A stretch of 60,997 bases of DNA from a virus (taxonomy: Duplodnaviria; Caudoviricetes). Positions 43,796 through 53,784 of the stretch are shown piece after piece; the stretch's first letter is position 1, and each line of letters begins with the position of its first letter. The notes under the pieces are model-generated. The model searched no databases. It saw only the letters and a program-made list of their open reading frames with translations, and was not told the DNA's origin. Position numbers and translations under genes: made by a program. The DNA lies in IMG/VR virus record IMGVR_UViG_3300031565_011186, positions 1-60,997 of that record. One strand, written 5' to 3'.

Positions 43796-45850
43796 CCGCG
43801 CAGCACAACGACGCGTAAACTCGTCCGGCTGGACGCTGAGAAGATCGCTCTCCGGCGCCAGCATGTCCGGACGCTCTGGGCGATGAAGATGAGCCCCGTG
43901 GCGATCATCGACACCCTGAAGTCTGACCCCAAGACCGCCCTCCTCATTGTGGGGCAGAAGGATCCGCTCGGCGTCATCATCAACGACCTGGAGGTCATCA
44001 CCAAACTGGAGGTGGCGGACGTCCTGGCCGGCGTCGGCACCGAGGCCTTGGCGCAGTACCTCCGGCTGAAGGCCGAACTCCTGAGGCGGGCCCTGGTCAT
44101 GTCAGAGCAGCGCGGCGAGGACACGACATCCCAAGGGCGCGCCGCCAGCCTGAAGTTGGCCTCGGAGATCGGCAACGATATCGCCCGCGCCATGGGCGTG
44201 CCGGTCGACCGCGTCCTCCTCGATCTGAACTGGGGCAACGCCCTGCGCGGCCAGGAGCAGAACCCGCTCCTCACCGCGGCGGCGGCGACGGCGGCGCCGG
44301 TCAACACCCTGATGGGCGGCGGGATCGTGGACGCCCTGAGCTTCGGCATGGATCCCTGGTACTGCGGCCTGACCGCGATCGGCGACAAGTTCCCCATGCA
44401 GCGCCGCGTGCTCAGCGACTTTATGTCGCCGACGTCCAACTACCGGACGCTCATCCTCATCTGCGGCATGCGCTCGGGCAAGGGCATCGGCGCCTCCGTG
44501 ATCGCCTGGTACGCCGCCTACGAGTTGCTGTCGCTGGCGGATCCCCAGGGCTATTTCGGGCTGGCGCCCAACCAGGAGATCCAGATCATCACCCTGGCGA
44601 CGAACGAGGCGCAGGCGAAGAACAACCTCTTCAAGCACATCAAGGATCGGCTCGACACGGGCGGCGGCTGGTTTGCCGGCCTGCGTCCGGATGCTCGTGT
44701 GACCGGCCTGGAGATCCACCTGCCGAAGAACATCGTCATCCGCTGCGGTCACTCACGGGCAACCGGTCTGGTCGGCGCGACCTCCTACGTCGTCATCCTC
44801 GACGAGCTACCGAAGTTCAAGGACACGGAGGGGCGGGACAACGCTGACGCCGTCTATGACCAGATGAGCGCCACCACAGCGACCTTCAAGGACGCCGCCC
44901 GCGTCCTCTGCATCGGGTCGCCTGAGTGGGCCGGCGATAAGGGCATGCGGCTCCTGGAGGAGGCGATGGAGGTCGACGATGAGGGCCACTTCCTGCACCC
45001 CTCGATGCTCGGGATCCAGATGCCCACCTGGGACGCCAACCTGAGCCTCTCCTTCGAATACCTCTGGCAGGCCTTCAACGGCGCCAAGAACCCGCGCGCC
45101 TTCTGGCGCGACTTCGGCGCCCGCCCGCCCGAGACGCTGGAGGCCTACTACCCTGACCCCGAGCGCTGGGATCGTCAGGTGGATCCGGAGCGACAGGATC
45201 CGTACGACGAGCGCGGGGCCCTGGCTGAGTGGTTCAAGCCCTGCTGCGACAGCCGGCGCTACGTCCACATCGACCTGGGCGCGACCCGTGACGCCTGCGG
45301 TCTGGGCATGGCCCACAAGCCCGTCCCTGGCTGCCCCTACTACGAGGCGCCGCCCAGGAAGCACCCGCCGGAGGGTGAGGAGCCGCCGCCGAAGAACCCG
45401 AGGGCCAAGAAGGTCGTCCTGGACGTCTGCGTGCAGGTGGCGCCGCCGCGGGAGCGGGACGAGAAGGCGGAGATCTCGTTCGAGCGGATCCGGCAGTACG
45501 TCTATGACTGGCAGGATCGGGGCTTCAACGTCCACGGCGGGCAGGTCAGTTTCGACGGCTGGCAGAGCCTGGACAGCCAGCAGCAACTGCGGGCCCAGGG
45601 GTACGCCGTCAAGGAGTTCAGCCTTGACCGCAACACCGAGGGCCACGACACGCTGCAGGAGCTCGTCAACACCGACCAGGTCAGCTACTACAAGCACCCC
45701 GTCCTGATCCGTGAGGCGAAGCAGCTTTCGCTCGTCCGCGGTAAGAAGGTCGATCACCCCAAGGGCGGCTCGAAGGACGTCGTCGACGCCGTCGCGGGCG
45801 CCTGCTACTGGGCCCTGAAGCGGGGCGGCCGCATGACGTTCATCGGCTGA
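43793..45850 (+). CDS. terL: Terminase large subunit with N-terminal TerS-like extension
   Basis: CGMRSGKG Walker A, VILDE Walker B, HIDLG...D, FDGWQS, DHPKGGSKDVVDA. Confidence 0.92.
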   Translation: MPRSTTTRKLVRLDAEKIALRRQHVRTLWAMKMSPVAIIDTLKSDPKTALLIVGQKDPLGVIINDLEVITKLEVADVLAGVGTEALAQYLRLKAELLRRALVMSEQRGEDTTSQGRAASLKLASEIGNDIARAMGVPVDRVLLDLNWGNALRGQEQNPLLTAAAATAAPVNTLMGGGIVDALSFGMDPWYCGLTAIGDKFPMQRRVLSDFMSPTSNYRTLILICGMRSGKGIGASVIAWYAAYELLSLADPQGYFGLAPNQEIQIITLATNEAQAKNNLFKHIKDRLDTGGGWFAGLRPDARVTGLEIHLPKNIVIRCGHSRATGLVGATSYVVILDELPKFKDTEGRDNADAVYDQMSATTATFKDAARVLCIGSPEWAGDKGMRLLEEAMEVDDEGHFLHPSMLGIQMPTWDANLSLSFEYLWQAFNGAKNPRAFWRDFGARPPETLEAYYPDPERWDRQVDPERQDPYDERGALAEWFKPCCDSRRYVHIDLGATRDACGLGMAHKPVPGCPYYEAPPRKHPPEGEEPPPKNPRAKKVVLDVCVQVAPPRERDEKAEISFERIRQYVYDWQDRGFNVHGGQVSFDGWQSLDSQQQLRAQGYAVKEFSLDRNTEGHDTLQELVNTDQVSYYKHPVLIREAKQLSLVRGKKVDHPKGGSKDVVDAVAGACYWALKRGGRMTFIG

Positions 45851-45858
45851 CTCACCCC

Positions 45859-45887
45859 TTGACGCCCGTCGCCGTCGCGGCTACACT
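45859..45887 (+). promoter_or_regulatory. Sigma70-type promoter with operator B
   Basis: TTGACG-17-TACACT; GCCGTCGCGGC at 45871-45881. Confidence 0.75.
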
Positions 45888-45907
45888 GAGCGGCGAGGTG
45901 AACAGCG

Positions 45908-46849
45908 ATGTCCCTGATCGACCGAGCGATCGAGATCCACGACTCAGCCCGCCGGCAGGCCGCAGAACTTCGCTGGAACCATCGGATCGCCGAGGCGACC
46001 ATGAAGCAGCGGCATCCAGATACCACTCCGGAGGAGGCAAAGGAGGTCGGGCTCCGCGTCGCGCAGTTGATGAAGCGCGAGGTCAACATGGCAGAATTGT
46101 TCTGCTGCTCCGCTCCGATCGGCGACCTGTTGTGGGGCGCGGCTTCGACGCTGCCGCCCATGAGGCTGACCGATGACCTCATCCCCGCGACCTCTTCCCT
46201 CATCGTCCTGGAGCGAGAAGTCCCAGGGAGAGAGATTGTCAGTGCCAACGTGCTGGCGGAGGGATCGCCCAGGCCCGAGCCAGGTTGGCAGGAACGTTGG
46301 AATCTCGTCGGCATCGTTGCCGGCTACCTTTCGACCGGTCACCCCTGGCCGCGCGGCCTCCACTTGGTGCCCATCATCGAGGTGGGCGGCACCATCACGC
46401 CTGGCGGCAGCTTCATTTGGGACATCGGGTCGACCATCGAGGACTCCCTGACGCGGATCCACCAGGCCGGCGATGCCTCTCCCGCCACGATGGCCCTCAT
46501 TCGCAAGATCACTCCTTTTGTTGCCTCCTTCCTGCTCTTCATCAACCAGCGCCTCATCGGTTCTTCCCGCGAGCGCCCGTCAAGGGCGGCCCGCCGGCGG
46601 GCCTTGCAGACCGGCCGGCCCCTGCCCGAGATCAACGTTGTCATCCTGCGCAAGCGGACGTATGCCGGCACCGGCGCTCACCGCGACGTCGAGTGGGCCT
46701 GCCAGTGGATCGTCCGCGGTCACTGGCGGCAGCAATGGATGCCAGCGTCTCAGCAGCACCAGCCGCGCTGGATCGCACCCTACTGGAAGGGCCCTGAGGA
46801 CAAGCCGGTCAAGAGCCCCGAGCGCACACTCTTCGCGGTCGTGCGATGA
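45908..46849 (+). CDS. Conserved phage hypothetical protein (VRGHWR motif)
   Basis: C-terminal WIVRGHWRQQ...WIAPYWKGP. Confidence 0.75.
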   Translation: MSLIDRAIEIHDSARRQAAELRWNHRIAEATMKQRHPDTTPEEAKEVGLRVAQLMKREVNMAELFCCSAPIGDLLWGAASTLPPMRLTDDLIPATSSLIVLEREVPGREIVSANVLAEGSPRPEPGWQERWNLVGIVAGYLSTGHPWPRGLHLVPIIEVGGTITPGGSFIWDIGSTIEDSLTRIHQAGDASPATMALIRKITPFVASFLLFINQRLIGSSRERPSRAARRRALQTGRPLPEINVVILRKRTYAGTGAHRDVEWACQWIVRGHWRQQWMPASQQHQPRWIAPYWKGPEDKPVKSPERTLFAVVR

Positions 46850-47283
46850 CGCAGAGCAAGTTCCTCAGCATCGACCGCGCCCTGAAGGACGGCTTTGTGC
46901 TTCATCCGAAGGATGAGGAGAGCCTGGCGCTGATCAAGGAAGCCGCCGCCTCGCCCCTGCCGCAGGACATGCAGAAGGTGATGAAGCAGGGCGGCTTCAT
47001 CACGCCGGCCTCGCTGGAGGAGCACGGCAGCGCCCTCAACCTCTACTTCGAGATCATGCATGGCCTCATGTGGCAACTGATCCACATCGACCCTGAGATG
47101 GCCGGCTGGGCGAAGGATCTCCGCGTCGGGAAGCGATACAGTTGGCGCATGGTGGCTCAGGCCTTCACCGATAAGAGCGGGGCGCCCTGGGATCCTGCCT
47201 GGAATCAGATCGGCGGCATGGCCCTCTGCAGGGCGGCCGCTGAAAAGCTGGAAGAGAAGTGGGACGAGCCCCCCTGGAACTGA
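46846..47283 (+). CDS. Hypothetical protein
   Basis: Coupled start, typical codon usage. Confidence 0.7.
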   Translation: MTQSKFLSIDRALKDGFVLHPKDEESLALIKEAAASPLPQDMQKVMKQGGFITPASLEEHGSALNLYFEIMHGLMWQLIHIDPEMAGWAKDLRVGKRYSWRMVAQAFTDKSGAPWDPAWNQIGGMALCRAAAEKLEEKWDEPPWN

Positions 47284-47286
47284 GCG

Positions 47287-47670
47287 ATGATCCCGCCTGA
47301 ACTCGACACGGGCAGCTATCTCAGCCACTACGGGATCCTGAACCTTTGGACGCAGTGGCTCCTGCGTAAGGCGCCCGAGTTGGTGGCCATGAGGCCCACG
47401 GTTCTCCGCACGACGGACGTCAGGCCGCGCTGCCCTGACGTCTTCTGCCGGCACCCCATGAACCCGCGGCCTGAGGGCTGGGCCTGCTATCGTCACCACG
47501 TGCCGATGAGGCGCAAGCCGAGGCTAGAGGTGCCTGCCGTGAAGTGGGCACCCAACCAGCCGTCGGCCCTTTCGCTCGTGGGTAAGGAGACGGAGGTCGT
47601 CTGGCGGCACTTTCCGGAGAGGCCCCAGGACGACGGCTACGTGATCATCGTGAAGGAGGATACCCCATGA
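47287..47670 (+). CDS. Hypothetical protein
   Basis: In operon; C...C..H...C..H. Confidence 0.65.
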   Translation: MIPPELDTGSYLSHYGILNLWTQWLLRKAPELVAMRPTVLRTTDVRPRCPDVFCRHPMNPRPEGWACYRHHVPMRRKPRLEVPAVKWAPNQPSALSLVGKETEVVWRHFPERPQDDGYVIIVKEDTP

Positions 47671-48158
47671 TCCACGATCTGAAGTGCTGGCCCGAGGAGT
47701 TCCAGGCCGTCCTGGACGGCCTCAAGACCTTCGACGTCCGGATTGATGATCGCGGCTACGGAGTGGGCGACGTCCTGCGACTGAGGGAGTGGCAGACCGG
47801 CCCCACGGTCAGCGGCTATACCGGCAGGGAGCACCTCGTCAAGGTGGCCTACATCTACCGCGGCAACCGCCTGGGCAACCCCGTCGCCCTCGACCCGTAC
47901 GTCGCCACTGCCCTGGAGGGCCGCGCGCCAGGCTCAGAGCCTGCGGTCGTCATCATGGCCCTCGTGCCGTTGGTCGGCACGACTCGGCCGATAAGGCCTG
48001 ATCCGCGCCTGAGCAACCCGACTGCTCGGGGGGCGACGATCTGCTGGCTCTGTTACGAGGATGCCGCTAGTGCGGGCAACGCTGAGTACAGCCTCGGGTT
48101 CGGCTGGTGGCACCGCCTCGTTCGCGGTCACTGGCCGAAGGAGGATCGCAATGGTTGA
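47667..48158 (+). CDS. DUF3850/ASCH-domain protein
   Basis: HDLKCWPEEFQAVLDGLKTFDVR.DDRGY.VGD.L.LREW. Confidence 0.88.
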   Translation: MIHDLKCWPEEFQAVLDGLKTFDVRIDDRGYGVGDVLRLREWQTGPTVSGYTGREHLVKVAYIYRGNRLGNPVALDPYVATALEGRAPGSEPAVVIMALVPLVGTTRPIRPDPRLSNPTARGATICWLCYEDAASAGNAEYSLGFGWWHRLVRGHWPKEDRNG

Positions 48159-48654
48159 CGCCGTTCACTTCAGCAGCAACCGGCACGACTGGGAGACGCC
48201 GCCTGAGGTCATGAAGGCGCTGGAGGAAGTCTTCGGGAAGTTCGACCTTGACCCCTGCGCCACGAAGGAGACGAAGAAGGCGAAGCGCTGCTTCCGCGCC
48301 GGCGTCAGCGGCCTTGACCAGCCCTGGCGCGGCAAGGTCTTCGTGAACCCGCCCTATGGCCGCAAGTGGAAGGACGCCTGGATCCGCAAGTGCCACCTGG
48401 AGGTCGCGGAGGGGCGGGCCGACCTGGTCGTCGCCCTCCTGCCCAGCCGGACGGACACGCCTGGCTGGCACGACTACATCATGGAGGCGACGCACGTCAT
48501 CTTCATCCGCGGGCGGATCCGCTTCGTCGGCGCCGACAACAGCGCCCCGTTTCCCTCAGTGATCGTCGTCTGGCAGAAGGGCCTGCTCGGTTGCCCGCAG
48601 TACAGCAGACTGAAGATCCGCCGAGGAGGATCGCCATGTGGTTCGTCGTCCTGA
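48151..48654 (+). CDS. Phage DNA N6-adenine methyltransferase (Dam-type)
   Basis: WETP, FDLDPCA, GLDQPW, NPPYG, LLPSRTDT, RGRIRF, APFPS. Confidence 0.92.
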   Translation: MVDAVHFSSNRHDWETPPEVMKALEEVFGKFDLDPCATKETKKAKRCFRAGVSGLDQPWRGKVFVNPPYGRKWKDAWIRKCHLEVAEGRADLVVALLPSRTDTPGWHDYIMEATHVIFIRGRIRFVGADNSAPFPSVIVVWQKGLLGCPQYSRLKIRRGGSPCGSSS

Positions 48655-49052
48655 TCCTGAAGCATTGGGATAGCATCGAGGGCACCATGATGGGCCTGAC
48701 CGCCAAGGTGGCTGCGGATCCAGATGATCCCTGCGTCGGCTTCCTGGCCGTCTATTCGACCCGTGAGGCCGCCCTGGAGGCGGCTGAGGGTGACGCCACG
48801 TTGGTGCGCGCGATCCAGCAGACCGCGCCGGCCGAGGTGGCGGCCAGGTTAGCTGAGGGCTGGGGCGGCCCGTTGCTGGCGTCGAAATTCCACTACTTCG
48901 TCAACGGCCAATCGCTCTGCCGCCGGTGGGCTTTCACCGGCGAACTGCAGGCCGGCGAAGTGGGGGAGGCGCGCAGGACAGAAGATTGCGTGGCCTGCTA
49001 CCGGAAACTGGAGAAGCGCCGCGCGGCGAAGGCCAAGGAAGCCAAGGCGTGA
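48636..49052 (+). CDS. Hypothetical protein with C-terminal zinc finger
   Basis: HYF...SLC...CVAC; GAGGAGG RBS. Confidence 0.65.
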   Translation: MWFVVLILKHWDSIEGTMMGLTAKVAADPDDPCVGFLAVYSTREAALEAAEGDATLVRAIQQTAPAEVAARLAEGWGGPLLASKFHYFVNGQSLCRRWAFTGELQAGEVGEARRTEDCVACYRKLEKRRAAKAKEAKA

Positions 49053-49297
49053 GCACCGCCCATCTCCAAGTCCTGCGGGCCTGGCGGGGCGGCGGCACTG
49101 ACGGCCGGCCTGGCTGGGTCGTGCAGTTCCGTTACAGCGAGCCAGGCGTCCGCCGGCTGAAGGCCCTCGTGCCCGCGGCCGACCGGCAATGGGACGATAC
49201 CGCGAAGGTCTGGTGGTTCGCCGACGACGTCCTGCCTCAGGTGATGAAGGTGGCGCCGGCGCTAGAACTCTACACGGCGCAGAAGAACTTGCTATGA
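49049..49297 (+). CDS. Stand-alone HARP-like domain protein
   Basis: VQFRY...LKALVP...RQWD...KVWWF. Confidence 0.6.
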   Translation: MSTAHLQVLRAWRGGGTDGRPGWVVQFRYSEPGVRRLKALVPAADRQWDDTAKVWWFADDVLPQVMKVAPALELYTAQKNLL

Positions 49298-49311
49298 GAG
49301 GAGAGAATACG

Positions 49312-49659
49312 ATGATGCCAGCCAGCGAAGACGTCGAGTTCGAGCGCTTCAGGCGCATGGGCAAGGCCGTGCGCGCACTGTTCAGCGCCGTCAGTGAGAC
49401 GGTGCCCGAGAACGTCGCCGCGGACGTCGTGAAGACGGCCCTGCAGATCGGCTTTCTGAACGACTACGGCGGCGACACCTACCGCGAGCACGTTGCCCGC
49501 CAGGCCCAGCAGTTTCAACTGCAGCAGAAGCAGGTCGAATTGCAGGAGAAACTGGTCGGGATCATGGAGGAGGCCGTCGGGCACCTGCGGGCGCTCGTCG
49601 CTTCCCAGTACGAGCCGGAGGAATCGCGTGAGACCACACCGGATCAAGCGCAGCTTTAA
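49312..49659 (+). CDS. Hypothetical coiled-coil protein
   Basis: GAGGAG RBS. Confidence 0.65.
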   Translation: MMPASEDVEFERFRRMGKAVRALFSAVSETVPENVAADVVKTALQIGFLNDYGGDTYREHVARQAQQFQLQQKQVELQEKLVGIMEEAVGHLRALVASQYEPEESRETTPDQAQL

Positions 49660-49831
49660 CTGCCGCTGCGGCGCCTCGATCGCCGTCAGCGGGCCCGTTG
49701 CCACGGTCGAGGACTTGCTCGGGCAGTTCCGCGAGCGCCATCATGGTGAGCGATGCGGGGAGACGACGGCCATGATCGCCTCGCAGGCGCGCCGTAGGGC
49801 CGAGCACCTCGGGGCGACCCGCCAGGCATGA
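49628..49831 (+). CDS. Small zinc-binding hypothetical protein
   Basis: CRCG...H...C; GGAGG RBS with GTG. Confidence 0.5.
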   Translation: MRPHRIKRSFNCRCGASIAVSGPVATVEDLLGQFRERHHGERCGETTAMIASQARRRAEHLGATRQA

Positions 49832-50325
49832 GTTGGCGCGAGCACATCTTCTGCCGCGACTTCTCCGTCGAGGCCTGCCTGTGGTGCCGCCGGCCCCTGA
49901 ACGGCCGGAAGGCCTTGTGCTGCAGCCCCACCTGCACGGCGGCCTTCAGCACGAATCACTTCTGGTCAGCGGCGGCGCCTGAGGCGCTGCGGCGGGCTCA
50001 CTCCACCTGCCTCCGTTGCGGCCGCCAGCCCTTCTGGGCTTCGCGGGACTGGACACCAGGCGCGGGCCTGCGCGAGGGCGTCAACCCCGACGATCTCGTC
50101 CGGATCTTCCTCGAAGTCCATCACCGCGTTCCCCTCCTGGGTCAGCCGCGCTCCATGACGTGCTACAACCACCAGGCCAACCTCCTCGTCTTGTGCTCCG
50201 ACTGCCACCTGGAGACGCATCACCCTGGCCGGCTGGCCCGCCTGGAGGCCGTCGCCTTCCGCCAAGTTGACCGCGAGCGCGAGCGACAGCGTCTAGCAGC
50301 GATGCAGCCGAGGCTGGTGTTATGA
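49828..50325 (+). CDS. HNH endonuclease with zinc fingers
   Basis: CLRCG, LEVHH, NLLVLCSDCH...H; directly upstream of the portal. Confidence 0.85.
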   Translation: MSWREHIFCRDFSVEACLWCRRPLNGRKALCCSPTCTAAFSTNHFWSAAAPEALRRAHSTCLRCGRQPFWASRDWTPGAGLREGVNPDDLVRIFLEVHHRVPLLGQPRSMTCYNHQANLLVLCSDCHLETHHPGRLARLEAVAFRQVDRERERQRLAAMQPRLVL

Positions 50326-50336
50326 TGCCCCCAGCG

Positions 50337-50353
50337 GTCGACCATTAGAGTGA
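50337..50353 (+). promoter_or_regulatory. Putative late promoter motif
   Basis: GTCGACCATTAGAGTGA upstream of the portal. Confidence 0.7.
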
Positions 50354-50436
50354 GGCAGGGCGCCCAGCCCCATCGGCGATAATGTGGGCATCCTCGTCGA
50401 ACCTGGGCGCCCGCTCGCTGAAGGAGACACCGGCTA

Positions 50437-52665
50437 ATGCCCGCAAAGACGAAGACTCCGCCCGCGCCGGCCGCCAAGGGGATCCGCGAACCCCAATCGA
50501 TCACCCGCCAGGTCGCCACCTTCTTCGACCCCCTGACCCTCAGCGCGAAGCACTGGCGCCGTGTGGTGGCTCAGGCCCCCGTCGTTGGCGCCTGCGTGCA
50601 GACGCTGATCATGCAAATCACCGGCTTGAACTGGAAGATTGAATCCGACGACGAGGAACTCACAGAACGGTTCACTCTCCTGCTCAATATGGCCGACAAC
50701 GGCGCCGGCATGGAGTCGCTGTTGTCGAGGGTCGCTGAGGACACGTTGACCATGCCCTTCGGCGGCGCCTTCGAGCTCGGCGTCTATCCTGACGGCGAGG
50801 TCGCGTGGATCGCTCACCTCGACGCCGGCCTCATGGCGCCCACCTATGACGAGAAGTTCCCCTACCGGCAGGTCAACCCGTACGACGCTCTGCACCCGAA
50901 GATCTTCAAGAGCACTGAGGTCAGCCGGATCAAGTGGCAGCCGCAGGCCGATATCGCCTATTACGGTTGGACGAAGACGCCCTGCATGGCCTCCCTGCCG
51001 GCGATCCAGGGCCTGCTCCGCAGCGACAGGTTCTGGCAGACCCTGCTGACGGACTCACCGCCGGCGGGCATCCTGGTGATCCCAGGCATGTCGGAGAACG
51101 AGGCCCGCGACTGGCTCTCTGGCTGGAAGACAATGATGGCCGGCATCGACAGCCTCAAGGTGCCGCTGCTGCCGCTCCAAGGCACGGAGAAGGGCACAGC
51201 CGAGGCGAAGTTCATCTCGTTCGCCCAGACCGCCACGGAGGCGGAACTGCCCGACCTCGTGAAACGCTACAGCGAGCAGGTGACCGCCAACTTCGGCATG
51301 AACACCGGTGACCTGGGCCTCTTCGGCCAGGAACTGCGCCTGGCCGGCGCCACCAAGTTGATCGAACTGAGCAAGCGCCAGGGCCTGGCCCGCCTGCTGA
51401 AGCAGTTCGCCCGCGCCATCAACACCGACGTCCTGCCCGACGGCGTGACCTTCAAGTGGGAGGACGTCGAACTGGAGGACACTGTCCGCAAGGCCGCGGC
51501 GAAGAATCAGACGTCGATTGCCCTGGGGAATCTCGTCTCCCAGGCTGGTCTTCCCCCCCACATCGCTATCGCCCAGGCAATCGCCGACGGCATCATCACC
51601 GTGGCGGTGCCGGAGGAACTGCTGGCGCCGCCGCCGGAGGAAGGGCCGGCTCCGGCCCCGACAGCGCAAGAGGGGCCTCCGACGGCCGACGCAGGCACCA
51701 CGACGTCCGGCGAGACGAAGGGCAACCAGGCGGCCCGCGCAGGCCCAAAAGTGCGGGCCCCGCTGCTGCGGGGCGATTCTACTGACCCCATCCCGCCCCG
51801 AACGTACCCTGGCGAGACCCCTGCCGGTCGTGAACTCGGCCGGATCGTGGGCCCGTGGATCCAGCGCATCGTGAACTCCTTCACCAAGGGCCGCCTCAGC
51901 ACCCTCTATGACGCCGCCCTGGGGGCGTACGTCAAAGTCGCGGAGCGCTTCAGCCCTGCCGATGAAGCGGCCAACGCAGCCATCGAGGCCATCCTGTCGG
52001 GCAGCGACTGGTGGATGGCGGCCGACCTTGAGGCGCAGATCGCGCGCGCGCTGGCCCAGGGCTATGAGGACGCGCTCGTCGAGTCGGCCGGTGAGTTGCA
52101 GGGCGCTCTCTATCAGGCCGGCCTCGCCGACACGGCCAACATCGGGTTCGCCGCGGCTCACGTGACCGACCCCGACACGATCGCCTCCCTCGAGGCCCAG
52201 GCCGGCAGCATGATCAAGAACGTGGACGACGGCACGAAGTTCTTCGTAAAGCAGACCGTCCTGTCAGGCGTCAAGGAGGGCCTCGGCTCACCCGAGATCG
52301 CCCGCAAGCTCCTCATCGACAACGTCCGGCGCGGCGTCATCGAGAAGTTCCGCGGGCGGGCCCTCAGCATCGTGAACACGGAGATGAACCGCGCCATGAG
52401 CGACGGCGCGCTGGCGCAGCAGATGCACGTCGGGCTGAAGAAGAAGCGCTGGCACAACGTGCCCGCCTTGGCCTGCAACGTCTGCGTCCGCAATACCGGC
52501 CGCGGCGCCATCCCGAACGCCTCCAAGTTCGAGGCCGTCTGGGGCTCCTGCAACGCGCCGCCCGCGCACCCAACGGTGTGCCACTGCTGGATCACCTTCG
52601 ACAAGCCGGAACTGAGCGCTCTCGTCAGCGGCGGCAAGGTTCCGGACTACTGGAAGGGCGGTTGA
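50437..52665 (+). CDS. Portal protein fused to MuF (gp7-like) minor head domain
   Basis: HK97-like portal (VGACV, PPAGIL, FGM...LG); C-terminal RA..IVNTE...KRW...C..C...PPAHP.CHC. Confidence 0.88.
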   Translation: MPAKTKTPPAPAAKGIREPQSITRQVATFFDPLTLSAKHWRRVVAQAPVVGACVQTLIMQITGLNWKIESDDEELTERFTLLLNMADNGAGMESLLSRVAEDTLTMPFGGAFELGVYPDGEVAWIAHLDAGLMAPTYDEKFPYRQVNPYDALHPKIFKSTEVSRIKWQPQADIAYYGWTKTPCMASLPAIQGLLRSDRFWQTLLTDSPPAGILVIPGMSENEARDWLSGWKTMMAGIDSLKVPLLPLQGTEKGTAEAKFISFAQTATEAELPDLVKRYSEQVTANFGMNTGDLGLFGQELRLAGATKLIELSKRQGLARLLKQFARAINTDVLPDGVTFKWEDVELEDTVRKAAAKNQTSIALGNLVSQAGLPPHIAIAQAIADGIITVAVPEELLAPPPEEGPAPAPTAQEGPPTADAGTTTSGETKGNQAARAGPKVRAPLLRGDSTDPIPPRTYPGETPAGRELGRIVGPWIQRIVNSFTKGRLSTLYDAALGAYVKVAERFSPADEAANAAIEAILSGSDWWMAADLEAQIARALAQGYEDALVESAGELQGALYQAGLADTANIGFAAAHVTDPDTIASLEAQAGSMIKNVDDGTKFFVKQTVLSGVKEGLGSPEIARKLLIDNVRRGVIEKFRGRALSIVNTEMNRAMSDGALAQQMHVGLKKKRWHNVPALACNVCVRNTGRGAIPNASKFEAVWGSCNAPPAHPTVCHCWITFDKPELSALVSGGKVPDYWKGG

Positions 52666-52689
52666 CCCAGTGGGCGCGGCGGCTATAAT
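52662..52689 (+). promoter_or_regulatory. Sigma70-type promoter, leaderless
   Basis: TTGACC-16-TATAAT, 6 nt before ATG 52696. Confidence 0.65.
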
Positions 52690-52736
52690 GACGGCATGAT
52701 CCCCTACTACGCGACACCGGACGGCAAGGTGACGCC

Positions 52737-53507
52737 GTGAGGACTCGCTACCGCTGGTCAGAGGCCGACCTTATGACGCTGGAAGAGATGATCGCCGCTG
52801 GTAAGAGCGACCTCAGCATCGGGCGCGTGCTCGGCTGCACGGCGGTAGCGATCAACGTCGTCCGCAAGCGGCGCGGCATCACCTGTCGACGGAAGGTACT
52901 GCACTCGGCGAGGGCTATCGCAAAGCGCCTCGGCATTCCCTCTGGCGACAAGACCGTGGCGTGGTGGCTCCAGAACGGCTATTTGAAAGGCCGTCGCGGG
53001 CAAGGATGCGGCCCATACCTCGGCTGGTATGTGACGGAGGAGGCCCTGCTCGACTTCCTGGCCGATGCCCGCTACTGGCACCTGTGGACGCCGGAGAGGA
53101 TACGAGACGCCAACCTGAGGGAGTGGATCACGGATACTCGCAACGGCACGCACTTTCTCACGACCGGCGAAGTGGCCGCCCGCCTGGCGGTTCATCACGC
53201 GACCGTCAATGACTACATCCATCGCCGCCTGCTACCCGCTGTTCGTCACGGCAACTGGCTTATCCGCGAACAAGACCTCGTCGGCTTCATTCCGCCGTGC
53301 GACCGAAGCAAAAAGGGCACACGACCGCGACGTTTCACAGCCGACGAAGACCGATACCTGCTCGCCCTACGCGAAGCGGGCAAGACGTGGACGCGCATCG
53401 CTGAGATGTTGGGGCGGACTGTCGGCAGCGTCTATAGGCGCTTCGACCGCATTCTCCCGCGCGACAAACCCTGCGACAAAGCACCCGCGCTGGTAGATTC
53501 GCCTTAG
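52737..53507 (+). CDS. Multi-HTH DNA-binding protein
   Basis: W/F-S/T..D..L...GK..I...LG modules at both ends; FLTTGEVAARL.V...TV excisionase-like HTH. Confidence 0.75.
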   Translation: MRTRYRWSEADLMTLEEMIAAGKSDLSIGRVLGCTAVAINVVRKRRGITCRRKVLHSARAIAKRLGIPSGDKTVAWWLQNGYLKGRRGQGCGPYLGWYVTEEALLDFLADARYWHLWTPERIRDANLREWITDTRNGTHFLTTGEVAARLAVHHATVNDYIHRRLLPAVRHGNWLIREQDLVGFIPPCDRSKKGTRPRRFTADEDRYLLALREAGKTWTRIAEMLGRTVGSVYRRFDRILPRDKPCDKAPALVDSP

Positions 53508-53517
53508 GAGTGCCAAC

Positions 53518-53784
53518 ATGCCGGACAAAACACTGGACAAAGTCGTCGACCTCTCGATGAATAACCTGCTGGTCGACACGCCGCGAAAGGCCGGTCTGGC
53601 CACGGCGGTCATTCTGAAGCACACCACGACGGAGGGTCAGCGGATCTGGGAGATCGACTGCGAGATGATTGACCTGGCGATGGACGCCGGCACCGAGCGA
53701 ATAGGCTGCCTGCAGGGGCTTAGCGGGACGGAAGGAGTGACGTTGGAATGGACATTCGAGGAACTTCTCCTGCCGGCGCCCTGA
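53518..53784 (+). CDS. Hypothetical protein
   Basis: AGGAG RBS. Confidence 0.6.
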   Translation: MPDKTLDKVVDLSMNNLLVDTPRKAGLATAVILKHTTTEGQRIWEIDCEMIDLAMDAGTERIGCLQGLSGTEGVTLEWTFEELLLPAP

